A DNA stretch of 64,000 nt, taken from assembly GCA_965662235.1 (NCBI GenBank), contig CBFIGY010000001.1, positions 160,001 through 224,000 of the forward strand, given 5' to 3'. Source of the DNA: an uncultured bacterium (GTDB taxonomy: Bacteria > SAR324 > NAC60-12). Position 1 is the first letter of the stretch; each line of letters begins with the position of its first letter. The notes beneath the pieces are model-generated. The model was not told the origin of the DNA. It ran no database searches and saw only the letters and a program-made list of their open reading frames with translations. Below are positions 22,172 through 31,189 of this stretch, one piece after another. A program made the translations under genes and the position numbers.

Positions 22172-23373
22172 GCGCCTCTCCCTGGCAGACCGGACGGGTG
22201 CTTGCGCAGGATCAGTCCGTGTGGCAGGTGCTGGTAGCCGACGAACTGCACCCAGTGCCGATGACCCTTCCGGGTGCCGAAGACTGGGAGCCCGGCGACC
22301 TCGTCCGCTGGAACACGACTGCAGGCCACCGACTCTTTCGGCCTGCCACCTTTGACGCCTCTGGAGATGCCCTCCGCTGGCGACGGCCTGCGCAGTCTCC
22401 CAGCCGGATGCAGCGATTGCGGCAACGTCAGCACCTGCAGATGCGCCTCCGGAATTGGTTTGTTGCAGAAGGATTTCTGGAAATCGAGGCCCCCCTCCTG
22501 GTTCCGGCGCCCAGCCCCGAGGTTCAGTTTGATCCCGTCTCAACCGACTCTGGATTCCTGATCACCTCTCCGGAGTTTCAGATGAAGCGGTTGCTGGTGG
22601 GCGGATTTGAGCAGATCTTTGCGCTGGTGCCGTGCTTCCGGGGCAAGGAAATCAGCCCTCGGCACAACCCTGAATTCACCATGCTGGAATGGTACCGGGC
22701 CAATGCTCCGCTGGAGGCCATCACCACTGATCTGGAACGCCTCCTGACGGTGCTGCTGGAAGACTTCCCCGAATCGGATCCGGCGTTGAAAGCGCTGGAC
22801 TGGACCCACCCCTGGCCGCGAGTGACCGTCTCCGCGGTCTTCCGGGAGCAACTCCACGTGGAGCTGGAACCTCCGGGCGGACCTCTTCTCGACGCCGCCT
22901 CCCTGCGAGCCGCAGCGGAAGCAGCAGGACACGGCTCGGGACTGGAAGGGGCCGAAACTTACGAGGAGGTCTTCTTTCGGCTTTGGGACCAAATCGAGCC
23001 GCAGCTGGGTCGGCAGGCACCTGTGTTTGTCCACGACTGGCCGCTGCCGCTCGCAAGCCTAGCTCAGCCGTGTCCGGAGCATCCCGGGTTCGCCGACCGC
23101 GTGGAGCTTTACCTCAATGGCTTGGAGTTGGGAAACGGCTTTGGCGAGTTGACGGATCCGGATGAGCAGCGTAGGCGCTTTCTGCAGGACCTCCGCAACC
23201 GCGAACATGCCGGTCAGCCCGAGGTTCCGCTGGATGAAGCCTTCCTGCAGGCGCTTGCTCAGGGCCTGCCTCCGAGCGCCGGAATGGCGGTGGGCTTCGA
23301 TCGCCTTGTGATGCTCATCACCGGAGCCTCCAGCATCCGGGAAGTCCTTGCCTTTGAGTGGACGGAGCGTTAA
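22168..23373 (+). CDS. epmA: EF-P lysine aminoacylase (EpmA/GenX/PoxA)
   Basis: LITSPEFQMKRLL, CFRGKE, RHNPEFTMLEWYR, ELGNGFGELTD, GLPPSAGMAVGFDRLVM; near efp. Confidence 0.95.
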   Translation: MSASPWQTGRVLAQDQSVWQVLVADELHPVPMTLPGAEDWEPGDLVRWNTTAGHRLFRPATFDASGDALRWRRPAQSPSRMQRLRQRQHLQMRLRNWFVAEGFLEIEAPLLVPAPSPEVQFDPVSTDSGFLITSPEFQMKRLLVGGFEQIFALVPCFRGKEISPRHNPEFTMLEWYRANAPLEAITTDLERLLTVLLEDFPESDPALKALDWTHPWPRVTVSAVFREQLHVELEPPGGPLLDAASLRAAAEAAGHGSGLEGAETYEEVFFRLWDQIEPQLGRQAPVFVHDWPLPLASLAQPCPEHPGFADRVELYLNGLELGNGFGELTDPDEQRRRFLQDLRNREHAGQPEVPLDEAFLQALAQGLPPSAGMAVGFDRLVMLITGASSIREVLAFEWTER

Positions 23374-23409
23374 CCTCGCCGTCTCCGCTTTCACTCAACG
23401 ACCTCCACC

Positions 23410-24018
23410 ATGACCCTCGTCTCTGCCACCCTCACTCTGCTGCTCATCATGGATCCGCTGGGGAACATCCCCACGTTTCTGTCGGTTCTGAAGACCATTG
23501 AAGACGAAAAACGCCGCCGCCGGGTGCTGCTCCGGGAGCTGGGCCTGGCGTTGCTGGTGCTGCTGGCGTTCCTCTTTGCCGGAAAGTACGTGCTGCTCTG
23601 GTTGGGGTTGCGGGAGGAGGCGGTCCGGATTGGAGGCGGGATTGTGCTGTTCCTCATTGCCATCCGGATGATCTTTCCCTCCAGTGGCGGGGTGATGGGA
23701 GAGCTTCCGGGTGGAGAACCGTTTTTGGTGCCGCTGGCCGTGCCGATGATTGCAGGTCCGTCTTCCCTGGCCGTGCTGATCCTGCTCGGAAATTCGGAGC
23801 CGGAGCGCTGGCTGACCTGGCTCGCCGCGTTGCTCATTGCCTGGCTGGTGACAAGCACCGTCATGCTCGCCTCCACGTACCTGTTCCGGATTTTGGGACA
23901 AAAGGGGTTGGTCGCCGTGGAACGGCTAATGGGAATGGTGCTGGTGACACTGGCGGTGCAGATGCTGCTTGACGGCACCGCCTCTTACCTTGGGAAAGCA
24001 ACGCTGGGGCTGCTTTAG
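23410..24018 (+). CDS. MarC-family integral membrane protein (YhgN-like)
   Basis: IMDPLGNIP, VPLAVPMIAGPS, ERLMGMVL. Confidence 0.93.
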   Translation: MTLVSATLTLLLIMDPLGNIPTFLSVLKTIEDEKRRRRVLLRELGLALLVLLAFLFAGKYVLLWLGLREEAVRIGGGIVLFLIAIRMIFPSSGGVMGELPGGEPFLVPLAVPMIAGPSSLAVLILLGNSEPERWLTWLAALLIAWLVTSTVMLASTYLFRILGQKGLVAVERLMGMVLVTLAVQMLLDGTASYLGKATLGLL

Positions 24019-24023
24019 GCCCG

Positions 24024-24299
24024 TCAGGTGCCCAGCGAGAACATGTGCTCCAGGTCGTGCCGGGAGTAGGTCCGGAAGGCAATCAGGGTTTCTGTGGCCG
24101 TGATGCCCTCCAATGCCCCAATCTTTTCGGCCATGGTGTCGGCCACAGCTTCCATCGACTTCACCCGAATCATGCACACCAGGTCAAACCGTCCGGCCAC
24201 CGAGAACACCTCTGACACCTCTGGCAGGTCCACCAGGGTCTGTGAGACGGTCTTGATCTGAGCCCGCTCCACATTGAGTAACACAATCGCTGTAATCAT
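24024..24299 (-). CDS. Stand-alone Lrp/AsnC ligand-binding domain protein
   Basis: EVFSVAGRFDLV and GITATETLIAF; no HTH. Confidence 0.85.
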   Translation of the reverse strand: MITAIVLLNVERAQIKTVSQTLVDLPEVSEVFSVAGRFDLVCMIRVKSMEAVADTMAEKIGALEGITATETLIAFRTYSRHDLEHMFSLGT

Positions 24300-24422
24300 C
24301 GTTTTCTCTTCCTAAAGGATCGAAATTCATCGGGCCCCAGCTGCTTCTGAGCAGCAGGCAGGCCGCCATGGGGCGGGTTCCATCACATCGTGGAGCCTCG
24401 GATAAGGCAAGCTGAAGCCGGG

Positions 24423-25214
24423 TCACCAGACCGTCTTGATCAGCCCTCCGTCCACCGCCACGGTGCTTCCGGTGATGTAGCTGGCCGCGTCAGACAGCAG
24501 GAACGCCCCTGCACGACCAAACTCCTCAATGGTCCCGTAACGCTTGGTCGGAATGGTGGCCGCCGAGCGCGCCTGCACCTCTCCCACCGGAATTCCCTGG
24601 GCATCAGCCCGTGCCTGATCCAGCGTCCGGACCCGGTCGGTGTCAATGCGTCCGGGCATGAGGTTGTTGAGGCGAATGCCTTCCGGAGCCAGCTGCTGCG
24701 AGAGGCTCTTCACCAAGCTGGTCACCCCTGAACGCATGACGTTGGAAAGCAAGAGAACGTCAATCGGCTCCTTCACCGAAGAGGACGTTACTGTCAGGAT
24801 GGACCCTCCTCCGCGCTCCCGCATCGACGGCAGAGCCTCCCGGATCATCCGGACTGCGCTCATCAGGTTCAGTTCAAAGGCCGCCTGCCAGTCCTCATCC
24901 GTAAACCGGTCAAAGGTTCCAGAGGGAGGACCTCCCGCATTGACCACCAGCAGGTCCACGCCTCCAAACCGGCTCCGGGTCTGCTCAAACCAGTTCCGGA
25001 TCGACTGCGGATCTGAGGCCTCTAGGGGCACCCCCAGGGTCTCTGCGCCAGTGGTGTCCTGCAGCTGCTGAGCAGCCGCGGCAATCGCGTCGGCCGAGCG
25101 GCTGCCCAGCGACACTGCAGCGCCTTCGCGAGCCAGTTCCTGCGCAATGCCAAAGCCCAGCCCCTTGCTGGAAGCGGCCACCATCGCGACCTTTCCCTTC
25201 AGTCCTAAATCCAT
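24423..25214 (-). CDS. SDR-family oxidoreductase
   Basis: ASSKGLG, LVVNAGGP, SN.MR atypical active site, ASYITG...VDGG. Confidence 0.92.
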   Translation of the reverse strand: MDLGLKGKVAMVAASSKGLGFGIAQELAREGAAVSLGSRSADAIAAAAQQLQDTTGAETLGVPLEASDPQSIRNWFEQTRSRFGGVDLLVVNAGGPPSGTFDRFTDEDWQAAFELNLMSAVRMIREALPSMRERGGGSILTVTSSSVKEPIDVLLLSNVMRSGVTSLVKSLSQQLAPEGIRLNNLMPGRIDTDRVRTLDQARADAQGIPVGEVQARSAATIPTKRYGTIEEFGRAGAFLLSDAASYITGSTVAVDGGLIKTVW

Positions 25215-25220
25215 GTTTCC

Positions 25221-26855
25221 TCAGGTTTCGTGTGTTGAACGCTTCCGGAAGGCCACCCCGCCGGCGCCCACCAGTGCCAAGAACCAGATCCCGGCCACCT
25301 CTTCGCGGTAATCACGATAGAGCGAATCATAGGAGCGCAGGGACAGGGTTTCCACGAGCGCTCCCTCTGTAAACAGGTCCAGCCGTTCCGAGTGCGGTTG
25401 CCCCTCGACATTGAGGAAGACGCTCTTGCCGTTGTTGGACGCCAGCAAGACCGGCAAGCGGTTCTCAATCGCCCGCCACCGCAAAATGGCCTCCATATTG
25501 TCTGAAGCCGTGGTTTTGCCAAACCATGCCAGGTTGCTCAGGTTTGCGGCAAAACGTGCTCCGTTCAGGCTCAGGCGCCGTAGGGTTTCCGGTGCAAAGA
25601 TGTCAAAGCAGATGGGAGCCGCCACCGCCTGTCCCTCAAGCGGAAAGACCGTAAACTCGGTTCCCGGCTCAAACTCGGACATGTTCGGGATCTGCTTTCG
25701 GAGCCACTCTGCCACTCCAGGGAGCCAGTCGCTGAAGGGGATCATCTCCCCAAACGGAATCAGGAAGACCTTCCGATACCGGCCCTGCTCCTGCCCTTCG
25801 GGTCCCAGCAGCGCGGAGATGCCATGAAAGCGCCACCGCCCCTCACGCCGTTCCCAGTCAATGGATGCCACCAGCAGGTAGACCTGCTGCTCCCGCAAGA
25901 ACCTCCGGACCTGTTGCAGCTGCGCGACGTCTTGGAACAGGGCTCCCGGATAAACCGACTCTGGCCACACGAGCAAGCGTGTTCCTGAAAACTCGGGGCT
26001 CTGTTTCAGTGCCTTCCGGGAATCTGAAAGCAGCAGCTGCAGGTTGGCTTCTCGTTCAGAGTACGCCAGTTCCGGGTTGGACGCCAACTGCCGCAGCGAA
26101 AAATTCGGCTGCAGGGTCACCACCTGAATCTGCGGTGCCGGTGCTGCTTGACGTTGAGCACCCAGGTCTGCCAGACGCAGGCTTCCGTAACCCCAAGCGG
26201 TCCCCCAGACGCTGGCCAGCAACACCGTCGGTAGCACCAACTCAGCTCTGGAGCGGGTTCCCGTCTGCCAGCGGATGAGCTCTCGCAACCAAAACGCGGC
26301 ACCCAGGCTCAGGAGCCCCATTCCGGGTGCACCAACCACATCCGCCGCCTGCTCCACCACGGGAACACCAGAAAGCGACAGGCCTCCGAGGTTCCAGTGA
26401 ATCAGTCGGGGCCAGAAGGCATCCACCCCAATCGCCCACAGCAACCGAAACAGAAGGGCCCGGCGGAGCTGAAGGGGCTTCCAGAACAGCGGCCACGCAA
26501 ACGCAACCCACAGCAGCACCCCCACTTCCAGACCGTACCCGACGCCTGTGACGACCAAGGCCAAGGGCAGGGGCAGGCCGCCGAACACGTTTGCGCTATT
26601 GGTGATCCAGTGAGCCGCCAGCAAGGCCCCCACGCCTCCCACCAGCCAGCAGGCCCCTAGGCTCACCCGCAGCCGAGTCCGCCAGGATCCTTCCAAAGAC
26701 TCTAGGACCGTCAGCAACAGAGCCAACGCGCCTATGCCAACCAACGGCACCGGATAGCCCGGCGACCCCACGCCCAGCAGGACTCCTGCAAGCAGCAGAA
26801 GAGCCCAACGGCCTTGACGGGACCGCTCCGGTCCGTTCGCGACAGGCTTCTGCAC
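25221..26855 (-). CDS. lnt: Apolipoprotein N-acyltransferase
   Basis: N-terminal TM region, QPN, VWPES, YRK.FLIPFGE, ICFD, RAIENR. Confidence 0.92.
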   Translation of the reverse strand: MQKPVANGPERSRQGRWALLLLAGVLLGVGSPGYPVPLVGIGALALLLTVLESLEGSWRTRLRVSLGACWLVGGVGALLAAHWITNSANVFGGLPLPLALVVTGVGYGLEVGVLLWVAFAWPLFWKPLQLRRALLFRLLWAIGVDAFWPRLIHWNLGGLSLSGVPVVEQAADVVGAPGMGLLSLGAAFWLRELIRWQTGTRSRAELVLPTVLLASVWGTAWGYGSLRLADLGAQRQAAPAPQIQVVTLQPNFSLRQLASNPELAYSEREANLQLLLSDSRKALKQSPEFSGTRLLVWPESVYPGALFQDVAQLQQVRRFLREQQVYLLVASIDWERREGRWRFHGISALLGPEGQEQGRYRKVFLIPFGEMIPFSDWLPGVAEWLRKQIPNMSEFEPGTEFTVFPLEGQAVAAPICFDIFAPETLRRLSLNGARFAANLSNLAWFGKTTASDNMEAILRWRAIENRLPVLLASNNGKSVFLNVEGQPHSERLDLFTEGALVETLSLRSYDSLYRDYREEVAGIWFLALVGAGGVAFRKRSTHET

Positions 26856-26858
26856 CGC

Positions 26859-28229
26859 TTAGAACGAGACTAGGTAACTCAGATTGAACGTAATGCCGAG
26901 GTACACCGAGATTCCCAAGATGTCGTTGGCCGTGGTAATGAAGGGTCCGGTCGCCAGGGCCGGGTCAATGTGCAGCCGTTTGAGAAGAATCGGCACGGAG
27001 GCACCAATGGAAGCAGCAATGCAGACAACTGCAATCAGCGCAAGGGACGCACTCAGAGCGGTTGTGGGGTTTCGGGTGATGAACCAGTTCATCAGCCCCA
27101 GCAACGAGGCGCAGATCAGGCCATTCACCAGGGCCACCCGCAGCTCCTTCCAGAGCCGGATCAGCAGGTCAGAGGTCTGGATGGCCCCTGTCGCCAGCCC
27201 CCGGACCATAATGGAGGAGGACTGGATGCCGACGTTTCCCCCGAACGCCGCAATGAGGGGAATGAAGTACGCCGTCTCCGGCATGGTAGAGAGGGCCTTG
27301 CCAAATCCATTCATCACCAGTGCGGCAAAAAACCCGCCGACCATGCTCAGAAAGAGCCAGGGCAGGCGTTCTCGGGTTGTCCGGAAGATGGAAGTTTCCA
27401 TGACCTCCTCACCGCCGGTTCCCGCAAACTGCCCCAGGTCCTCATGGTGCTCTTCGTAAAGAACGTCCACGAGGTCGTCAATGGTGATGCGTCCGGCCAG
27501 CCGGAGGTGCTTGTCAATCACCGGAACCACCACAAGGTCGTATTCCTTGGCCACCCGCGCCACCTCTTCCTGGTCGAGGTCAATGTCCACAGCCACCACA
27601 TCCGGGTTCATGATGGTGGCAATGGGAACGCTCCGGTCCGCCAGCAGCAGCTCGGTCACCGAGACCGTGCCAATGAGGTGCTGGAACTCATCCACTACGT
27701 AAGCGGTATAGAACATTTCAAAGCCCTCCCGCTGCGTGTAGCGCCGGATGCTGCGGATGGCCTGCCCCACCGACTGGTCCTTACGGATGGCAACGACGTA
27801 GGACGTCATTAGGCCTCCGGCACTCTCCTCATCGTACTGCAGGAGGTTGTGGACCTCAGCCCGGTCCTTGGCCGGAAGGGTCTCTAGCAGGGCATCTGCC
27901 TGCGTGTCATCGAGGATGGAAACGATGTCAGCGGCGTCATCATCGTCCATTTCTCCAATGATGCCCGAAAGCTGCTCGTGCGTGAGTCCGCCGATCAGGT
28001 CGGAGAGAACGGTGGAGGAGTCGTGGAGGTTGGAAAGAACGTCAGAGGCTTTTTCGGGAGCCAGAAGCTCAAACACCACCAGCTGATGCTTGAGCTTGAG
28101 TTGGAGGAGGATCTGGGCGATCTCAACGCCATTGAGGGTGTCCAGCAGGCTCTTGAGGACCTGCGGACGTCCTGTCGTGATGAGGCGCTTGACGACCTTG
28201 TCATAGCGAGGATCATGCATTTTCGCCAT
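26859..28229 (-). CDS. mgtE: Magnesium transporter MgtE
   Basis: YDEESAGGLMT, CBS pair, GRITIDD, RLPWL, GGNVGIQS, DPALATGPFITT.ND. Confidence 0.96.
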   Translation of the reverse strand: MAKMHDPRYDKVVKRLITTGRPQVLKSLLDTLNGVEIAQILLQLKLKHQLVVFELLAPEKASDVLSNLHDSSTVLSDLIGGLTHEQLSGIIGEMDDDDAADIVSILDDTQADALLETLPAKDRAEVHNLLQYDEESAGGLMTSYVVAIRKDQSVGQAIRSIRRYTQREGFEMFYTAYVVDEFQHLIGTVSVTELLLADRSVPIATIMNPDVVAVDIDLDQEEVARVAKEYDLVVVPVIDKHLRLAGRITIDDLVDVLYEEHHEDLGQFAGTGGEEVMETSIFRTTRERLPWLFLSMVGGFFAALVMNGFGKALSTMPETAYFIPLIAAFGGNVGIQSSSIMVRGLATGAIQTSDLLIRLWKELRVALVNGLICASLLGLMNWFITRNPTTALSASLALIAVVCIAASIGASVPILLKRLHIDPALATGPFITTANDILGISVYLGITFNLSYLVSF

Positions 28230-28248
28230 GAGAACCCGTCGGCGTGAC

Positions 28249-29742
28249 TCAGTTCCAGCGAGCGACCAGATCCGTCAGGAGCCGCACCCCTACGCCAGTT
28301 GCCGAACCGCTGGGGTGGTAGTCCACGTGCTTGACGCTCCAGGCAGCGCCAGCAATGTCGAGGTGCACCCACGGGGTGTCTCCCACAAAGTGCTCCAGGA
28401 AGGCTCCGCCGATGATCGTGCCGGCGTCTCCGTCTCCGATGTTACGGAGGTCCGCATGCTTGCCCTTGAGGGACTCGGCATATTCCGGATAGTTCGGAAG
28501 CTCCCAAACGCGCTCGCCACTCACAGTGGCGGCGGCCCGGACCTTGTCCATGAGGGCGGTGTTGTTGGTCACGGCACCACAGGCCTGGTGCCCCAGCGCC
28601 ACAATGCAGGCTCCTGTCAGCGTGGCCAGGTCCACAATGGCCTGCGGCTTGTACTGATCAACGACATACGCCAGGGCATCTCCCAGCACCAGCCGTCCCT
28701 CGGCATCGGTGTTGAGGATCTCCACCGTCTTGCCGTTGTAGGCCTTCACGATGTCCCCAGGCCGTTGCGCCTTGCCGTCTGGCATGTTTTCAGACGCGGC
28801 CACCACGCCAATGACGTTCACCTTGGGCTTGACCTGCGCAATCGCCTGCATGGCACCAATGACCGCCGCGGAGCCGCACATGTCAAACTTCATCTCATCC
28901 ATGCCCTTGCCGGGCTTGAGCGAAATGCCTCCGGAGTCAAAGGTGATGCCCTTGCCCACCAGAGCGATGGTTTCTTCGGCCTTTTCGTGGTGGTACTCCA
29001 TGATGATCAGCTTGGCCGGCTCTTCGGCTCCCACGCTCACGCCCAGCAGCATGTTCATGCCCAGCTTCTTCATGTCCGACTCTTCCAGCACACTGAACTT
29101 CAGCTTCTGCTTCTTGGACATCGCCTCCGCCCGCTTGGCCAGTTCCTTCGGAGAGAGCACATTGGGAGGCGTGTTTCCCAGCGTCCGGGCAAAGTTGGTG
29201 GCCTCGGCTCGGAACGTCCCACTCTTCACGGCCTTGGCATCGGTGATGCCGTCCGGATCCACAAGACGCACCTTCACGTTTTTCGGTGCCTCGGCAGAGT
29301 CATTGGTCTTAAACTCCACAAACTCGTAGGACCCGAGGCTGAGTCCTTCAGCCAGAACCGCCCCCGCCGGCTGAGCCGTCACCAGCCCCATGAACTCCGG
29401 AACCGGCACGACCACCTCGGTGACCTTCAGGGAGCCCAGCAGCTTCCCGGCCTTTCCGGCAGCCCGGCGCAGCGTCTCAGCATCCAGATCCTGCTTGGGT
29501 CCCAGCCCCACCACCAGCACCTGCCCCAGGTTCTTGGCGCCGGTGACCACGTGGTGCGTGCTCCCTTTCTTTCCCGAGAACACCTTCAGCTTCTTGGCTG
29601 CTTCCAACTGGCTCAGCGCCTCTTCCGGAAGCCCTGTCAGTCCACAGGCGTTCCAGTCCAAGTCTTCAGCTACAAACGCCAGGAGCGCGCCCGCCTTTTC
29701 TTCCGCCAGTGCTTTTGTGCTGTAATCAAGTTTCAGTTCCAT
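28249..29742 (-). CDS. pepA: Leucyl aminopeptidase (M17)
   Basis: VGKGITFDSGG, MKFDMCG, NTDAEGRL, ATLTGA, HLDIAG. Confidence 0.97.
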   Translation of the reverse strand: MELKLDYSTKALAEEKAGALLAFVAEDLDWNACGLTGLPEEALSQLEAAKKLKVFSGKKGSTHHVVTGAKNLGQVLVVGLGPKQDLDAETLRRAAGKAGKLLGSLKVTEVVVPVPEFMGLVTAQPAGAVLAEGLSLGSYEFVEFKTNDSAEAPKNVKVRLVDPDGITDAKAVKSGTFRAEATNFARTLGNTPPNVLSPKELAKRAEAMSKKQKLKFSVLEESDMKKLGMNMLLGVSVGAEEPAKLIIMEYHHEKAEETIALVGKGITFDSGGISLKPGKGMDEMKFDMCGSAAVIGAMQAIAQVKPKVNVIGVVAASENMPDGKAQRPGDIVKAYNGKTVEILNTDAEGRLVLGDALAYVVDQYKPQAIVDLATLTGACIVALGHQACGAVTNNTALMDKVRAAATVSGERVWELPNYPEYAESLKGKHADLRNIGDGDAGTIIGGAFLEHFVGDTPWVHLDIAGAAWSVKHVDYHPSGSATGVGVRLLTDLVARWN

Positions 29743-29861
29743 GAATCATCCTTAAAGACGGTGCCGGAAGCACTCGTGGTTGTGTTGTCTGTAAAAACCG
29801 CCAAAATAGAAGAAACGCGCTTGAACGCTCAAGCCAAATTCCCCTGTTGCTGCAAATCACT

Positions 29862-30689
29862 ATGCCTGAAGGCCCTGAAATCCGGCAAGCGGCCGACCGC
29901 CTCGACCGGGCTGTTGGGAAAAGGATCTGCACCGAAGTCTACTTCGAGTTTGAGCGCCTCAAGGTCTATGAGCCCGAGTTGACCGGCCAGGCGATCACGC
30001 AGGTGACCTCACGGGGAAAAGCGATGCTGACCCGCTTTGCCAACGGATGGAGCATCTACAGCCACAACCAGCTCTACGGACGCTGGATGGTCCGGAAGCC
30101 CTACGCGTTTCCGCAAACCAACCGGCAGCTCCGGCTGGCGCTGCACACCGAACACCGTTCCGCGCTCCTCTACAGCGCCTCCGACATCGATGTGCTCCGG
30201 ACGGAAGAAGAGGCCCAGCACCCGTTTTTGCAGAAGCTGGGCCCCGACCTGCTGGACCCGGCCACCACCGTCGAGGCGGTGACGGATCGCTTCACCGACC
30301 GGACCTTTCGGCGCCGGCAGCTGGGCAGCCTCTTGCTGGACCAGGGCTTTCTGGCCGGGCTCGGGAACTACCTCCGGAGTGAGATCCTCTTTGTCGCCAG
30401 ACGGATGCCCCAGCAGCAACCGCAGCACCTTGCGCCCGAATCGCTGCAACGCCTGGCCACCGCCTGCCTGGACCTGACCCGTCAGTCGTATCAATCCGGT
30501 GGCATCACCAACGACCTGGATGCAGCACAGGCTCTTCACGCCCAGGGCTTTTCCCGGAGCCAGTACCGGCACTGGGTGTTTGCCCGCGAGCGTCAACCCT
30601 GCTGGACGTGCACCACGCCAATTGAGCGAATCGACTGCGCGTCCCGGCGGCTCTACTTCTGCCCCTCCTGCCAGGCCACCACTCCATGA
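29862..30689 (+). CDS. nei: Endonuclease VIII (Fpg/Nei glycosylase)
   Basis: N-terminal MPEGPE, RGKA, YSHNQLYG, LLDQ...GLGNYLRSE, C-terminal CxxC...CxxC zinc finger. Confidence 0.95.
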   Translation: MPEGPEIRQAADRLDRAVGKRICTEVYFEFERLKVYEPELTGQAITQVTSRGKAMLTRFANGWSIYSHNQLYGRWMVRKPYAFPQTNRQLRLALHTEHRSALLYSASDIDVLRTEEEAQHPFLQKLGPDLLDPATTVEAVTDRFTDRTFRRRQLGSLLLDQGFLAGLGNYLRSEILFVARRMPQQQPQHLAPESLQRLATACLDLTRQSYQSGGITNDLDAAQALHAQGFSRSQYRHWVFARERQPCWTCTTPIERIDCASRRLYFCPSCQATTP

Positions 30690-31132
30690 AGATTTACCTG
30701 GAAACTCCCGTCGCCGGAAATTTTCGTGAGGTCTTTGCCCAGTTCGACAAAGCCCTCTTCGTCAAGCTGACTCCGCCCTTTCCCCCTGTGGAACTGCTGC
30801 GCTTCGACGGCAGCCGGGTGGGCGATCAGTACCACATTGACCTCAAGCTTCCGTTCCTGCGCCAAACGTGGCAAGGTCACATTACGGAAGCAGGGGAATC
30901 GGAGACGGAGTGCTGGTTTGTAGATGAAGGCCTGCGGCTTCCGTTTTTTCTCAAGTCCTGGCACCACCGCCACACCGTCCGGCAGCAAGGAGACCACTGT
31001 GTCATCATTGACGACATCACCTATGAGGCCCCGTTTGCCGTGCTGTCGTACCTCCTTCACCCCACGATGTGGCTTCAGTTTGCGTACCGCAAGCCCCTGT
31101 ACCGCAAGGTCTTTGGTTCCCCCTCTCGCTAA
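30686..31132 (+). CDS. SRPBCC/START-like ligand-binding protein
   Basis: LTPP, FVDEG..LPF...WHHRH, DDITY pattern; ATGA overlap with nei. Confidence 0.7.
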   Translation: MKIYLETPVAGNFREVFAQFDKALFVKLTPPFPPVELLRFDGSRVGDQYHIDLKLPFLRQTWQGHITEAGESETECWFVDEGLRLPFFLKSWHHRHTVRQQGDHCVIIDDITYEAPFAVLSYLLHPTMWLQFAYRKPLYRKVFGSPSR

Positions 31133-31189
31133 CCTCCTGTTCGGAGCGTTTTGAATTTCGCTATCCTTAACTTCATTGAAGGCATCCTC

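Noticed and set aside
24326..24406. SAM-I riboswitch (CTTATC...GATGA ends on the minus strand)
   Set aside because: Lacks the kink-turn P2 and the GCAAC/GTGC P3 core in the correct order; kept only as a generic structured element
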